A DNA stretch of 64,000 nucleotides from the NCBI GenBank assembly GCA_945861645.1, contig CAMAVZ010000007.1:1-64000 (forward strand), in the 5' to 3' direction. This document shows, piece after piece, positions 1-8,240 of the stretch. A program made the position numbers and the translations under genes. Origin of the DNA: Opitutus sp. GAS368. GTDB lineage: Bacteria; Verrucomicrobiota; Verrucomicrobiia; Opitutales; Opitutaceae. The notes beneath the pieces are model-generated. The model had not been told where the DNA came from and ran no database searches. It saw only the letters and a list, made by a program, of their open reading frames with translations. Position 1 is the stretch's first letter, and each line of letters begins with the position of its first letter.

Positions 1-5
1 ATGAA

Positions 6-82
6 TGGTGGACCTTACTGGACTCGAACCAGTGACCTTTTCGATGTCAACGAAACGCTCTAACCAACTGAGCTAAAGGTCC
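6..82 (-). tRNA. tRNA-Val (anticodon GAC)
   Basis: Reverse complement reads GGACCTTTAGCTCAGTTGGTTAGAGCGTTTCGTTGACATCGAAAAGGTCACTGGTTCGAGTCCAGTAAGGTCCACCA. It has an acceptor stem GGACCTT/AAGGTCC, anticodon arm TTTCG-TTGACAT-CGAAA, T-loop GGTTCGAGTCC and an encoded CCA. Confidence 0.97.
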
Positions 83-207
83 AGCAGAGGGCTATCTATG
101 AAGTAGGCGGGGCGGACGGTGCAAGAAAAAATCTTGATCATTCTTTGGCGAGATTTCGGCGCATTTTCGCGTGCATTTAAAGCTACGCCGAGTAAATCAC
201 CTACGAC

Positions 208-1869
208 ATGCTGCAAAGTCTCCGCATCCGTAATCTGGCCCTCCTGGAGGAAGTCGAATTGGACTTTGAGACAGGGTTTACGGCCGTGACGGGTGAAACG
301 GGAGCGGGTAAAAGTATTCTCTTGGGGGCGCTCTCTTTGCTGGCCGGCGCCCGGGCCGATAAAACCATTATCCGCCAAGGCGCTCCCGCGACCGAAGTTG
401 AGGCAGCGTTATTTTTTACCGATAGCCGAAAGCTTGATGGCGCCTTAACGGCGCTTGATCTGCCTCCGTGTGACGACGGGGTGCTCATTCTGAAACGCAG
501 CCTGCCGCGCGATAAAGCGCCGCGGATTTCGGTTAATGGCAGTATGGCCACTCTCGCGGGCTTGCAGGCTTTGGGGGAGTACTGGATTGATTTTCATGGT
601 CCCGGCGAACCGCGCCGTTTGCTGAAAGAAGGCTGCCAGCGAGAATTACTTGATCTCTTTGCCAAAAATACGACGGAGCTGCAGAAATACGCACTGCATT
701 ATCAAGCGTGGCGTGAATTGGTCGACGAACGCACCCGGCTGGCGGGAGCCGAGAAATTGTCGGTGGAGCAGATCGATTTTCTGCGGGCGCAATTGGCCAA
801 GCTGGATGGGCTGGAGTTGACCGAAGAAGCGCTCGCCACACTCGAGCGCGATTTCTCGCGTCAGCAAAGCGCGCAGGAAATTACGCAATTAGCGGCTGGC
901 CTCAGTCAAGGGTTGAGCGGTGAAGACGGGGTGCTCGGATCGTTGGCGGCGTTGCTGCGGCAGGCGCGCCAGTTGGAGTCGCTCGATGCGGCGAGTAAAC
1001 CTTTGGCCGAGCGCTTGCTGGCTTGCTCCGTCGAACTCGGTGATCTCGAGGCGGAATTTTCCACGCTCGCGCAATCATTGAATTTTGATCCCGAGCAGGC
1101 CGAAGCGCTGCAGGAGCGGATGAATAGTTGGCTCGAGGTGAAGCGTAAGCACGGGACTAAATTGGAGTTAGTGGTGGCGGCGCGGGAAGAGATGCGGCGG
1201 AAATTGGAAATGCAGGGCGATATTGAGGGCATGTTAGCGAAGCTCGAAAAGCAGATTGCCGAGGCCCACACGTTGGCGAAGAAATTTGCGCATGAGTTGC
1301 GCGCGACTCGGGAAAAAGCGGCCCTGCAGTTGGCGAAGGCCGCCGGGAAAGTCATGGCGCAGCTCGGTTTTAAGAAAGCAGATTTTCGGGTTCACCTGGT
1401 GGCGCTCTCGGAGCTGGGACCGCAGGGCGATGTCGGGGTGGAATTTCTTTTCTCGCCCAATGTCGGTGAGGCGCCCCTCGCATTGCACCGGATCGCTTCG
1501 AGTGGCGAGCTGGCCCGCGTGATGTTGGCCCTCAAGGCAGTGTTGGCGGAAATTGATGATGTGCCGCTGCTGGTTTTTGATGAAGTGGATGCGAATGTCG
1601 GCGGTGAAATTGGCCGCATCGTGGGTGAGAAGATGGCGAATATCGCTGAGCGTCATCAGGTGCTCTGCGTCACGCATCTGCCGCAGGTCGCGGCTCAGGC
1701 GCAGAACCATTTTGTTGTGACTAAGGATCAGAGCGGGGAACGCGCGGCGGTGACGATCGAAGCCATTCATGCTGATCGCAAAATCCGGGTCAGCGAACTC
1801 GCGCGGATGCTGGGTGATCGCAATGCCAAGAGCGCGATGGCCCACGCCGAAGAGTTGCTGAAAGGGTAG
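208..1869 (+). CDS. recN: DNA repair protein RecN
   Basis: 553 aa; Walker A TGETGAGKS, long coiled coil, signature ASSGELAR, Walker B LVFDEVDANVGG, H-loop VTHLPQVAA. Confidence 0.96.
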   Translation: MLQSLRIRNLALLEEVELDFETGFTAVTGETGAGKSILLGALSLLAGARADKTIIRQGAPATEVEAALFFTDSRKLDGALTALDLPPCDDGVLILKRSLPRDKAPRISVNGSMATLAGLQALGEYWIDFHGPGEPRRLLKEGCQRELLDLFAKNTTELQKYALHYQAWRELVDERTRLAGAEKLSVEQIDFLRAQLAKLDGLELTEEALATLERDFSRQQSAQEITQLAAGLSQGLSGEDGVLGSLAALLRQARQLESLDAASKPLAERLLACSVELGDLEAEFSTLAQSLNFDPEQAEALQERMNSWLEVKRKHGTKLELVVAAREEMRRKLEMQGDIEGMLAKLEKQIAEAHTLAKKFAHELRATREKAALQLAKAAGKVMAQLGFKKADFRVHLVALSELGPQGDVGVEFLFSPNVGEAPLALHRIASSGELARVMLALKAVLAEIDDVPLLVFDEVDANVGGEIGRIVGEKMANIAERHQVLCVTHLPQVAAQAQNHFVVTKDQSGERAAVTIEAIHADRKIRVSELARMLGDRNAKSAMAHAEELLKG

Positions 1870-1973
1870 GGCGGCGGCCGCAAAATCCCGCGCAACTTTG
1901 GTGGCTGGGAGGGGATCTAGCCGCGGCGGGTTGTCAGTTGCTATGTATAAAATCATTATTTTATCCTCCCGAC

Positions 1974-2876
1974 ATGACATCATCGATCACGCGGCGGCAG
2001 GCGCTTAGTCAACTCGGAGCCGGAGCTGCTTTGCTGGCGGGAGCGACGACGGGGCCGGTCGCGGCGGCTGATCAACCGATGCCGGCCCGCTCCGGTCGCA
2101 TCAGGCAATCAGTGTGCGCTTGGTGCTACGGCAAGATTCCCCTCGAACAACTGTGTGCGGCCGCCGCTGAGATGGGGTTGGCGTCGGTGGAGTTGCTGCA
2201 GCCCAAAGATTTTGCCATCGCCAAAAAACATGGTCTCACCTGTGCGATGGTCAGCAATCCAACCACAAAAGTGGGGGACGTTACGGTCGGCGGGATTCCG
2301 CGCGCTTGGAATCGGTTGGAATATCACGACGCCCTCGTCGCCGCTTATGAAGTCCAGTTGCAGGCGACCGCGGCAGCGGGTTTGACTCGTTTGATTTGTT
2401 TTTCCGGCAATCGCGCGGGCATGCCCGATGCCCAAGGCTTAGCTAACTGTGCAGTGGGCTTGCGGCGAATTTTACCCTTGGCGGAGAAATTGGGCATTAC
2501 GCTCTGCATGGAATTGCTGAATAGTCGGGTCGACCATAAGGACTACATGTGCGATCGTACCGAGTGGGGCGTGGCGCTCTGTCAGGCTTTGGGTTCAGAG
2601 CACTTTAAGCTGCTCTATGATATTTATCACATGCAGATCATGGAAGGGGATGTGATCGCCACGATTCAACGCCATCATCAGTATATCGGTCATTATCACA
2701 CGGCGGGAGTGCCCGGACGGCACGAGTTGGATGAGAATCAGGAATTATTTTATCCTGCGATCATGCGCGCGATTTTAGCGACGGGGTACACCGGTTTTGT
2801 TGGTCAGGAATTCATCCCGCGCAACGCGGACGCACTCGCGGGGTTGCGGGCCGGAGTAGTGCTGTGCGATGTGTGA
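1974..2876 (+). CDS. Hydroxypyruvate isomerase / xylose-isomerase-like TIM-barrel protein with Tat-type signal peptide
   Basis: Motifs MELLNSRVDHKDY, LLYDIYHMQIMEGD, HYHTAGVPGRHE, GFVGQEF; N-terminal TRRQAL plus hydrophobic stretch. Start moved to ATG 1974. Confidence 0.85.
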   Translation: MTSSITRRQALSQLGAGAALLAGATTGPVAAADQPMPARSGRIRQSVCAWCYGKIPLEQLCAAAAEMGLASVELLQPKDFAIAKKHGLTCAMVSNPTTKVGDVTVGGIPRAWNRLEYHDALVAAYEVQLQATAAAGLTRLICFSGNRAGMPDAQGLANCAVGLRRILPLAEKLGITLCMELLNSRVDHKDYMCDRTEWGVALCQALGSEHFKLLYDIYHMQIMEGDVIATIQRHHQYIGHYHTAGVPGRHELDENQELFYPAIMRAILATGYTGFVGQEFIPRNADALAGLRAGVVLCDV

Positions 2877-2962
2877 CGCGGCGGTGCTTATTTCGACTCA
2901 GGCCAAGGCGGTGGTGAAGTAAAAATGAGCAGCACTTGCTCGGCTGCGGAAAAGATGAAGTT

Positions 2963-3224
2963 GGGAAACGGGAGCGCGAAGCTTAGGTTTAAGTTTTAAG
3001 GGGTAAGTTTTAAGCTCGAAGCGGATCGACCGATCGACCCAGGCGTTTTTAACCGCGAAAGGCGCGAAATGACGCGAAGGGTTCAGAGCTCTTGACTGAA
3101 GCCTCAAGCTTACGAGCCGCCACAAAAAGCACAAAAGGCGCAGAATCGGCCAAGGTTTAGCTGAGGAAAAAATGAAATCGGGGAAATAGAAAATCAGGAA
3201 ACGGGAGCTCGCGGCCGGACTTAG
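2963..3224. repeat. Patchwork of short-period imperfect tandem repeats (7-, 8- and 9/10-mers)
   Basis: TTAAG-core 7-mers ~2983-3021; CCGCGAAAG-GCGCGAAAT-GACGCGAAG 3053-3079; CCACAAAAA-GCACAAAAG-GCGCAGAA 3120-3145; GAAA-core 8-mers ~3166-3205; GGAAACGGGAGC twice (~2964, ~3197). Confidence 0.7.
3036..3086 (+). repeat. ~50-bp dispersed direct repeat, copy 1
   Basis: Aligns by eye with 5758-5807 at 42/51 positions (8 mismatches, 1 gap). Confidence 0.8.
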
Positions 3225-3299
3225 TAAAAGAATTCCGATTGGCGGGGCGCAAAGTTGAAACTGACAAGGTTGATTTTTATATTTTTAACTAGGCGTGTC

Positions 3300-4001
3300 A
3301 TGAATTCCCTGCTGCTTCTGCACGACTATCCCCGCCTTAAGCGGGTGGATGATTTTAGCGAATTGGACGCGACGCCGTTCGCCGCGGGGATTAACGCGCT
3401 TTATTGGCCAAGGCAATTGGCCGGTGATTTTACGGAAATCCTGAATCTTGTTGGCGGTGGTGAGGGCATTATAAATATCACGGATACTCGGCTGCAGGGG
3501 CTGAGGCTTAGTCCGGCTGGTCAGCTGGCGCGCGAGGTCTTGCTCGAGGACCAGCGGCTACTGCGGGCGCAGGGCTTCGACCCGGTGTTGAACTGTGTTG
3601 TGGGCTACCCGCGCGATGAGCAGCCAGGCCCGGTGGCGACGGATGTTTTCTCATTTCATGCCGACAGTGCACCGGTGCCGGCGGATACTTGGTTGTGCAC
3701 GTATGCTGGCGCCGCAAGTGAAGGATTACGGAATGATCAGGCGCTGCGGCGGGTAGATCTTCCGGCGACGCGCGCAGCCTGCCTGCAAACTTTCGGCGGA
3801 GAAGATAACGAAGATTTTCGAGAATACCTAAAAGAAAATTGTTATGATCTCCATTATGCGCCTACGCCCGAAGCGCAGCCCTTTTCGTTTGGTCTGGGTC
3901 ACCTCTGGCGCATTGCCATCGAGCATCCGGGCAGTTTGGTGCCGCCCTGTCTGCATCGCGCTCCGGTCACGCCGTTTCCGCGACTGCTTTTAATCAGTTG
4001 A
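3300..4001 (+). CDS. DUF1826-like protein (possible HxD...H metalloenzyme)
   Basis: Motifs FHAD, WLCTYAG.ASEGL, LHRAP and C-terminal RLLL resemble DUF1826. Start moved to ATG 3300. Confidence 0.65.
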   Translation: MNSLLLLHDYPRLKRVDDFSELDATPFAAGINALYWPRQLAGDFTEILNLVGGGEGIINITDTRLQGLRLSPAGQLAREVLLEDQRLLRAQGFDPVLNCVVGYPRDEQPGPVATDVFSFHADSAPVPADTWLCTYAGAASEGLRNDQALRRVDLPATRAACLQTFGGEDNEDFREYLKENCYDLHYAPTPEAQPFSFGLGHLWRIAIEHPGSLVPPCLHRAPVTPFPRLLLIS

Positions 4002-4028
4002 AGCCAAGATTCTGGCGCGGAGTAGATG

Positions 4029-5603
4029 TCACCCCCGCACCAATCGGCCGAGCGCGGGGAGCTCAATATTAGGGTGTGCCTGAATACTGGTCACCAACAG
4101 ATCGCTGAGCAGGCTGCCGCGAGAGATTTCCCGGCCGTGTTTAAAGGCGAGGTAACCATCACCACCTTCGGCCAGAAAACTATTGGTGGTTACGCGATAG
4201 ATTCGCTCGGGCTCGACGGGGTGACCGCCGATCTGGAGTTCGACTAAGCGCGCCCCACTGGGCCGCGCTAAATCATAAACGGCGCGCAGCCCTGACGCCT
4301 GCACCATGCCGGCTTTGAGCGAAAAGCCGTGTTCGAGCACGGCTTGGAGATCGCGTCCCTTTAGGGCGAGCGTCACCGCATGATTAATAAAGGGAAAAGC
4401 ATCCAACGCGTGACCACGATCCAGTGGGCCGGCGGGCAAATCAGCGCGCAGGCCGCCGGCATTGGTGATCGCCACCTCCGAGCCCGCGTGGGCCCGCATA
4501 TAATCTGTAATTAATGCACCCAAAGGGGCCTCATGGTTGTAGCGGCGAATGATGCGTTGCGGAGCAAATCCGATTGGTGCGCCAAGCTTGTCCGCCACGA
4601 TGGCACGGTAATGCGCCATTCGGGCCGCCACGGCGGCGTGCGGGGGCAGATCGTCACTCCAGACCTTGAGCAAAGTACTCTCGTGCGCGATCACCCGGCG
4701 ATTTTTAACCTTGAGCCGCAGCCGTCCCAGTCGAGTCCCGTAGCCGTAAGTTTGCGTGATTAAGGTGCCGGTGGTCGGATGTATTATCGGTTGTTCGAGT
4801 CCATGGTGCGAGTGTGCCGCCAGGTAGACGTCGATCCCCGACACGGCGCCGCAGAAAGCGATATCTTCATCGAGCGGTCGCTGGACCTCCGGATCATTTT
4901 CCGCATCCGTCTGCATCGGACCAGGCAAGCCTTGGTGCCCCAGCACGACCACGATATCGACCGTATCACGGAGTTCAGCCAAGCAGGCCTTGGTCTCGGC
5001 GACAGGGTCCGTAAATTCCAGCTCGGCAACCTTCGACGGCATAATGGTGTAACGCGCCGCTTTGAGTCCCATTACACCGATGACGCCCAGACGAACACCG
5101 TTGCGTTCCAGAATTGTGTAAGGCCGCGTAAAGCGAATCTGCGTGCCTTGATAGCGAATATTGCAGCAGAGAATAGGAAAAGGGACGCGCGTGACCGCTT
5201 GGTCAAAAATCTGCCAGCCATAGTCGAACTCATGATTGCCGACGCTCATCGCATCGTAGCGCATCAGCGTCATTAATTCCATCAGCACTTCACCCGAGGT
5301 GAGCGCCGACATGGTGCCGGTGAACATATCCCCGCTATCGAGGAGAAAAGTGGTCAATTCGGCGGCACGCTCCTGTTCGACCAGCGTGGCGAGGTGCGCG
5401 GCACCCCCGAGTTTAGGGGAGTGGGGTAGCCAATAAGCCGGGATAGGATCCAGCGCGCTGTGGAAATCATTCGTGTAAAGAATCGTAAATTCATGGGCGC
5501 CGCCGCCGAGTTGGCCGATATCCGCATGCGTCTGATTGACAACTTGCTTAAAGGCGAAGGGCGCGAGCGCGGCGATCTTGGTGAACTGACGACGAGAAAG
5601 CAT
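4029..5603 (-). CDS. Bifunctional metallophosphatase / 5'-nucleotidase (UshA-like), Tat signal
   Basis: Calcineurin-like motifs TNDFHS, DSGD, GNHEFD, AAHSH; C-terminal domain motifs NAGGLR and FLAEGGDGY; N-terminal SRRQF. Confidence 0.92.
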   Translation of the reverse strand: MLSRRQFTKIAALAPFAFKQVVNQTHADIGQLGGGAHEFTILYTNDFHSALDPIPAYWLPHSPKLGGAAHLATLVEQERAAELTTFLLDSGDMFTGTMSALTSGEVLMELMTLMRYDAMSVGNHEFDYGWQIFDQAVTRVPFPILCCNIRYQGTQIRFTRPYTILERNGVRLGVIGVMGLKAARYTIMPSKVAELEFTDPVAETKACLAELRDTVDIVVVLGHQGLPGPMQTDAENDPEVQRPLDEDIAFCGAVSGIDVYLAAHSHHGLEQPIIHPTTGTLITQTYGYGTRLGRLRLKVKNRRVIAHESTLLKVWSDDLPPHAAVAARMAHYRAIVADKLGAPIGFAPQRIIRRYNHEAPLGALITDYMRAHAGSEVAITNAGGLRADLPAGPLDRGHALDAFPFINHAVTLALKGRDLQAVLEHGFSLKAGMVQASGLRAVYDLARPSGARLVELQIGGHPVEPERIYRVTTNSFLAEGGDGYLAFKHGREISRGSLLSDLLVTSIQAHPNIELPALGRLVRG

Positions 5604-5757
5604 GCGGGGGTGGGGTGGTAGGAAAATGAGTTAAGGCTTAAACTTGCATTACGATTAGTCACAAAAAACGCGCAAAGCGCAAAGCCAGAAACTGGAGCCA
5701 AAAAAATCAGACGCGCATGCGCTAAATCCTATGTACAGCCACAAAAATACCAACCTG

Positions 5758-5807
5758 GACCAAGGCATTTTTACCGCGAACCGCACGACGTGACGCGAAG
5801 GGTTTAG
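5758..5807 (+). repeat. ~50-bp dispersed direct repeat, copy 2
   Basis: GACCAAGGCATTTTTACCGCGAACCGCACGACGTGACGCGAAGGGTTTAG; same orientation as 3036-3086. Confidence 0.8.
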
Positions 5808-5834
5808 TATTTAAATCATCCACTGCTTAAAAAA

Positions 5835-5948
5835 GGGAGTGCTCACGTCCTCTTGAGCCTCGCCCCGCTGGAGGATCAGTTAGAGGGCCGATCTTCGATC
5901 GCCCGACTCTGCTCCGGCGGGCGATGCCCGCGCTTGATCATTCGCGGG
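5835..5948. repeat. Cluster of GC-rich REP-like hairpins
   Basis: GGGAGT-GCTCA-N8-TGAGC (5835-5858); ATCGCCCG...CGGGCGAT (5898-5925); CCCGCG...CGCGGG (5927-5948). Confidence 0.4.
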
Positions 5949-5989
5949 GCTTGCCCTTGGCGCTGATTTTTGAAAGCTACATCTGAGCC

Positions 5990-6202
5990 ATGAGTGAGCA
6001 GACCGATCAATCAGCGGTGAAAGCGAGTGTCATAACACTGACGTCCGTTCAGTCGGCGACGGTGGCGCTCCCGGTGGCCGCGGATAAAGCGTCGCCCGAA
6101 ATTGGTTTAGTCCCCCCCGCGAGTGAGCTCACGCCCGAGGAGCAAATGGCGCGCTTCGCCAAGGAGCTCCAAGAAAAAGACTGGGGCCACCAACCCTGCT
6201 AA
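5990..6202 (+). CDS. Small hypothetical protein ending EEQMARFAKELQEKDWGHQPC
   Basis: 70-aa ATG-started ORF filling the gap, convergent on ccsA; low-complexity N-terminus and an amphipathic-helix-like C-terminus. Confidence 0.65.
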   Translation: MSEQTDQSAVKASVITLTSVQSATVALPVAADKASPEIGLVPPASELTPEEQMARFAKELQEKDWGHQPC

Positions 6203-6215
6203 ATTGCCAGGCTAG

Positions 6216-8144
6216 TTAGCTGGCGGTGGTCTGAGTACGGAAGCTGCGCCAAAGATTGAGCGGCAGGGAGGCGAGGCCAATGATGGCGAGTTGACTGCTG
6301 ACGAAGGCCACGAGCCAGACAAAGGCGGAGTCCATGAAGCCGTAGGAATGAAGACCGACGCCGAGCATATTGACGCCGAACCAGCTCCAGCTCGTGACGA
6401 TGTTGCCAAAAATGGCGAGTGACATTAGTCCGCGCTGTTGCACAAGACCGCCCCAGCGACAGTGCAGAATTACGGCATTCCAGAGTACAATCATGAGGGC
6501 GCCATTTTCTTTGGGATCCCAGCCCCAAAAGCGGCCCCACGATTGGTCGGCCCAGATGCCACCGAGCACCGTACCGATGAGGCTGAAGAGCGTAGCGAAG
6601 CAGACAATGCCATAGACCATGCGGGTGAGGGCCTCAGCGGTTACGGTATCGAGGGACTTAGTAAACAAGCCGCGCACGACATAAATAATCGCGAGGAAAC
6701 CAGCGAGAAAAGTGGCGGCGTAGCCAGCGGTCACGACCACGACGTGCGTCGCGAGCCAGAAGTTAGAGTCGAGCACGGCGCGCATCATTTCGAGGGTGTC
6801 CCCAGTGAGTGAAAGATGGTGAGCAATCAGCAGGGTGGCGAAACCGATCATGCCCGCCGCCACGGAGCCGATGGCATTGCGGTAGATTTTTTCTAAAATT
6901 AGACACAGGCCGACTGAACCCCAGCCGACAAAGAGGGCCGAAGAATAAAGATTAGTCACGGGCGGACGACCCTCGAGCCACATCCGGGTCAGGATGCCAG
7001 CGGTGGTCAAAGTGAAGGCAATGAGTACGAGATAATAAGCGCTGCGTCCCAGAGCCTCGGGCCATTTGAGCCAAGAGAAAATGGCGAGCAGGAAGGCGTA
7101 GGCATAAAGCGTCATCGAGCTATAGAAAGGTTCGGCCGCATTGAAGCGTGTCTCGAGGTCGCTTTTTTCTAGGGGAGTGGTGAAGCGCTTGGCCAGTTGA
7201 GTGTGGTAGAGCTGCACGATTTCATTGAACTGCGCGGCCTGCCCGGCGCGCCAGGTATGACCGAGCGTGGCGTACGCCATAACCGTGGGGTTGACGCTGC
7301 CGGTGGCAAAAGTTTCGAGTAAAGCTTGGCCGATATTAGACCACGCGGTGAGGTTGGGCTCATTATCGGCGGGTGGGATCGCGAGGAGATAAGCGAATTT
7401 TTCCATGATCTCGTAGCGGCGCGCCATTTCGAGCATGGCCTTGAAGGCCGGCTCATCGTGCGCTTCCCCTTTTTGTCGAGCGCGCACGGCCGCGACCCCG
7501 GCGGGGAGGGCATTTTGAAAAGCGGTTACTTCTGTGAGGAAGCTAGGGCTATCCGGTAATTGTAGGCTGTGCTTGAGGCGTTGATACAACACCATCACTT
7601 CGCGCAGATGAGCGATTTGTTTTTGAAAGGGAGTGCGGACCGCGGACTCAACGGATTCCGCGAGCTGTGCCTGGCGTTCGATTTCCGCAAGCTTGGGCTG
7701 GAGCTGCTGGAAGGAAAAGCGCGACTTGCTCGAAGGCAGGAAGCCGAGCACGGCCATGAACCGCTTGGCATTACTGTCGTATTGGATTTTTGTATCAGCG
7801 GCGCTGAAGCCTACAACATCGAGGACTTCGTTTGATTCAATTTTGAAAACGGGATAAGTGTCGGCTTTATTCGAAGCGAATAAAACATCCGCTAACCACT
7901 CGATGGGTGATTGCACAAAAGCTTGGCTGCTCTCCGGCGTGCTGACGCGTTGACGCCCCTGCATGGCCAAGAGTGAAGTGCGGGCCACGGTATCGAGCGG
8001 CTTGAGGCGGCCATTGACGAGCACGGGGAGCCGACCGAAACCGCTGAGGTCAAAGGACCCCGTCGGTGGCTCGGGTACGCGCAGAGTGGTGATGACAAAA
8101 GCCGCGCCCAGCAACAGAACGATGAAGGGGAAATATTTTTTCAT
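6216..8144 (-). CDS. ccsA: Cytochrome c biogenesis protein CcsA (System II) with large N-terminal periplasmic domain
   Basis: WWD motif WADQSWGRFWGWDPKE; histidine motifs WLATHV, VILHCR and GLHSY; multiple C-terminal TM helices; N-terminal GRLKPLDT domain. Confidence 0.93.
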   Translation of the reverse strand: MKKYFPFIVLLLGAAFVITTLRVPEPPTGSFDLSGFGRLPVLVNGRLKPLDTVARTSLLAMQGRQRVSTPESSQAFVQSPIEWLADVLFASNKADTYPVFKIESNEVLDVVGFSAADTKIQYDSNAKRFMAVLGFLPSSKSRFSFQQLQPKLAEIERQAQLAESVESAVRTPFQKQIAHLREVMVLYQRLKHSLQLPDSPSFLTEVTAFQNALPAGVAAVRARQKGEAHDEPAFKAMLEMARRYEIMEKFAYLLAIPPADNEPNLTAWSNIGQALLETFATGSVNPTVMAYATLGHTWRAGQAAQFNEIVQLYHTQLAKRFTTPLEKSDLETRFNAAEPFYSSMTLYAYAFLLAIFSWLKWPEALGRSAYYLVLIAFTLTTAGILTRMWLEGRPPVTNLYSSALFVGWGSVGLCLILEKIYRNAIGSVAAGMIGFATLLIAHHLSLTGDTLEMMRAVLDSNFWLATHVVVVTAGYAATFLAGFLAIIYVVRGLFTKSLDTVTAEALTRMVYGIVCFATLFSLIGTVLGGIWADQSWGRFWGWDPKENGALMIVLWNAVILHCRWGGLVQQRGLMSLAIFGNIVTSWSWFGVNMLGVGLHSYGFMDSAFVWLVAFVSSQLAIIGLASLPLNLWRSFRTQTTAS

Positions 8145-8240
8145 GCATTTAACGCGGAGGCCGCGGAGAAAAAGAAGGTCAGATGAGGTAAATTCGCAAT
8201 TAAACGGCTAAGCACACTGGGAGCGCTCGCTGAATTTGAT

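Noticed and set aside
6-207. tRNA-anchored genomic island
   Set aside because: The tRNA 3' end points out of the window; no integrase or duplicated tRNA 3' end is seen inside it.
1234-1983. 249-aa minus-strand ORF
   Set aside because: Antisense shadow of recN with no recognisable motifs; such shadows are expected in GC-rich coding DNA.
2898-3134. 78-aa minus-strand ORF in the spacer
   Set aside because: Its sequence (FAPFAVK, LKTYPLKLKPKL) is just the translation of the repeat blocks.
2963-3224. Possible CRISPR array
   Set aside because: No constant 23-47-bp repeat with regular unique spacers, and no cas genes in the window.
5354-5701. 115-aa minus-strand ORF
   Set aside because: Overlaps the nucleotidase start out of frame and reads through the repeat motifs.
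5821-5989. Riboswitch upstream of the 5'-nucleotidase
   Set aside because: Hairpins are present, but I could not match TPP, FMN, SAM, cobalamin or purine consensus cores on either strand; an Rfam scan would be decisive.
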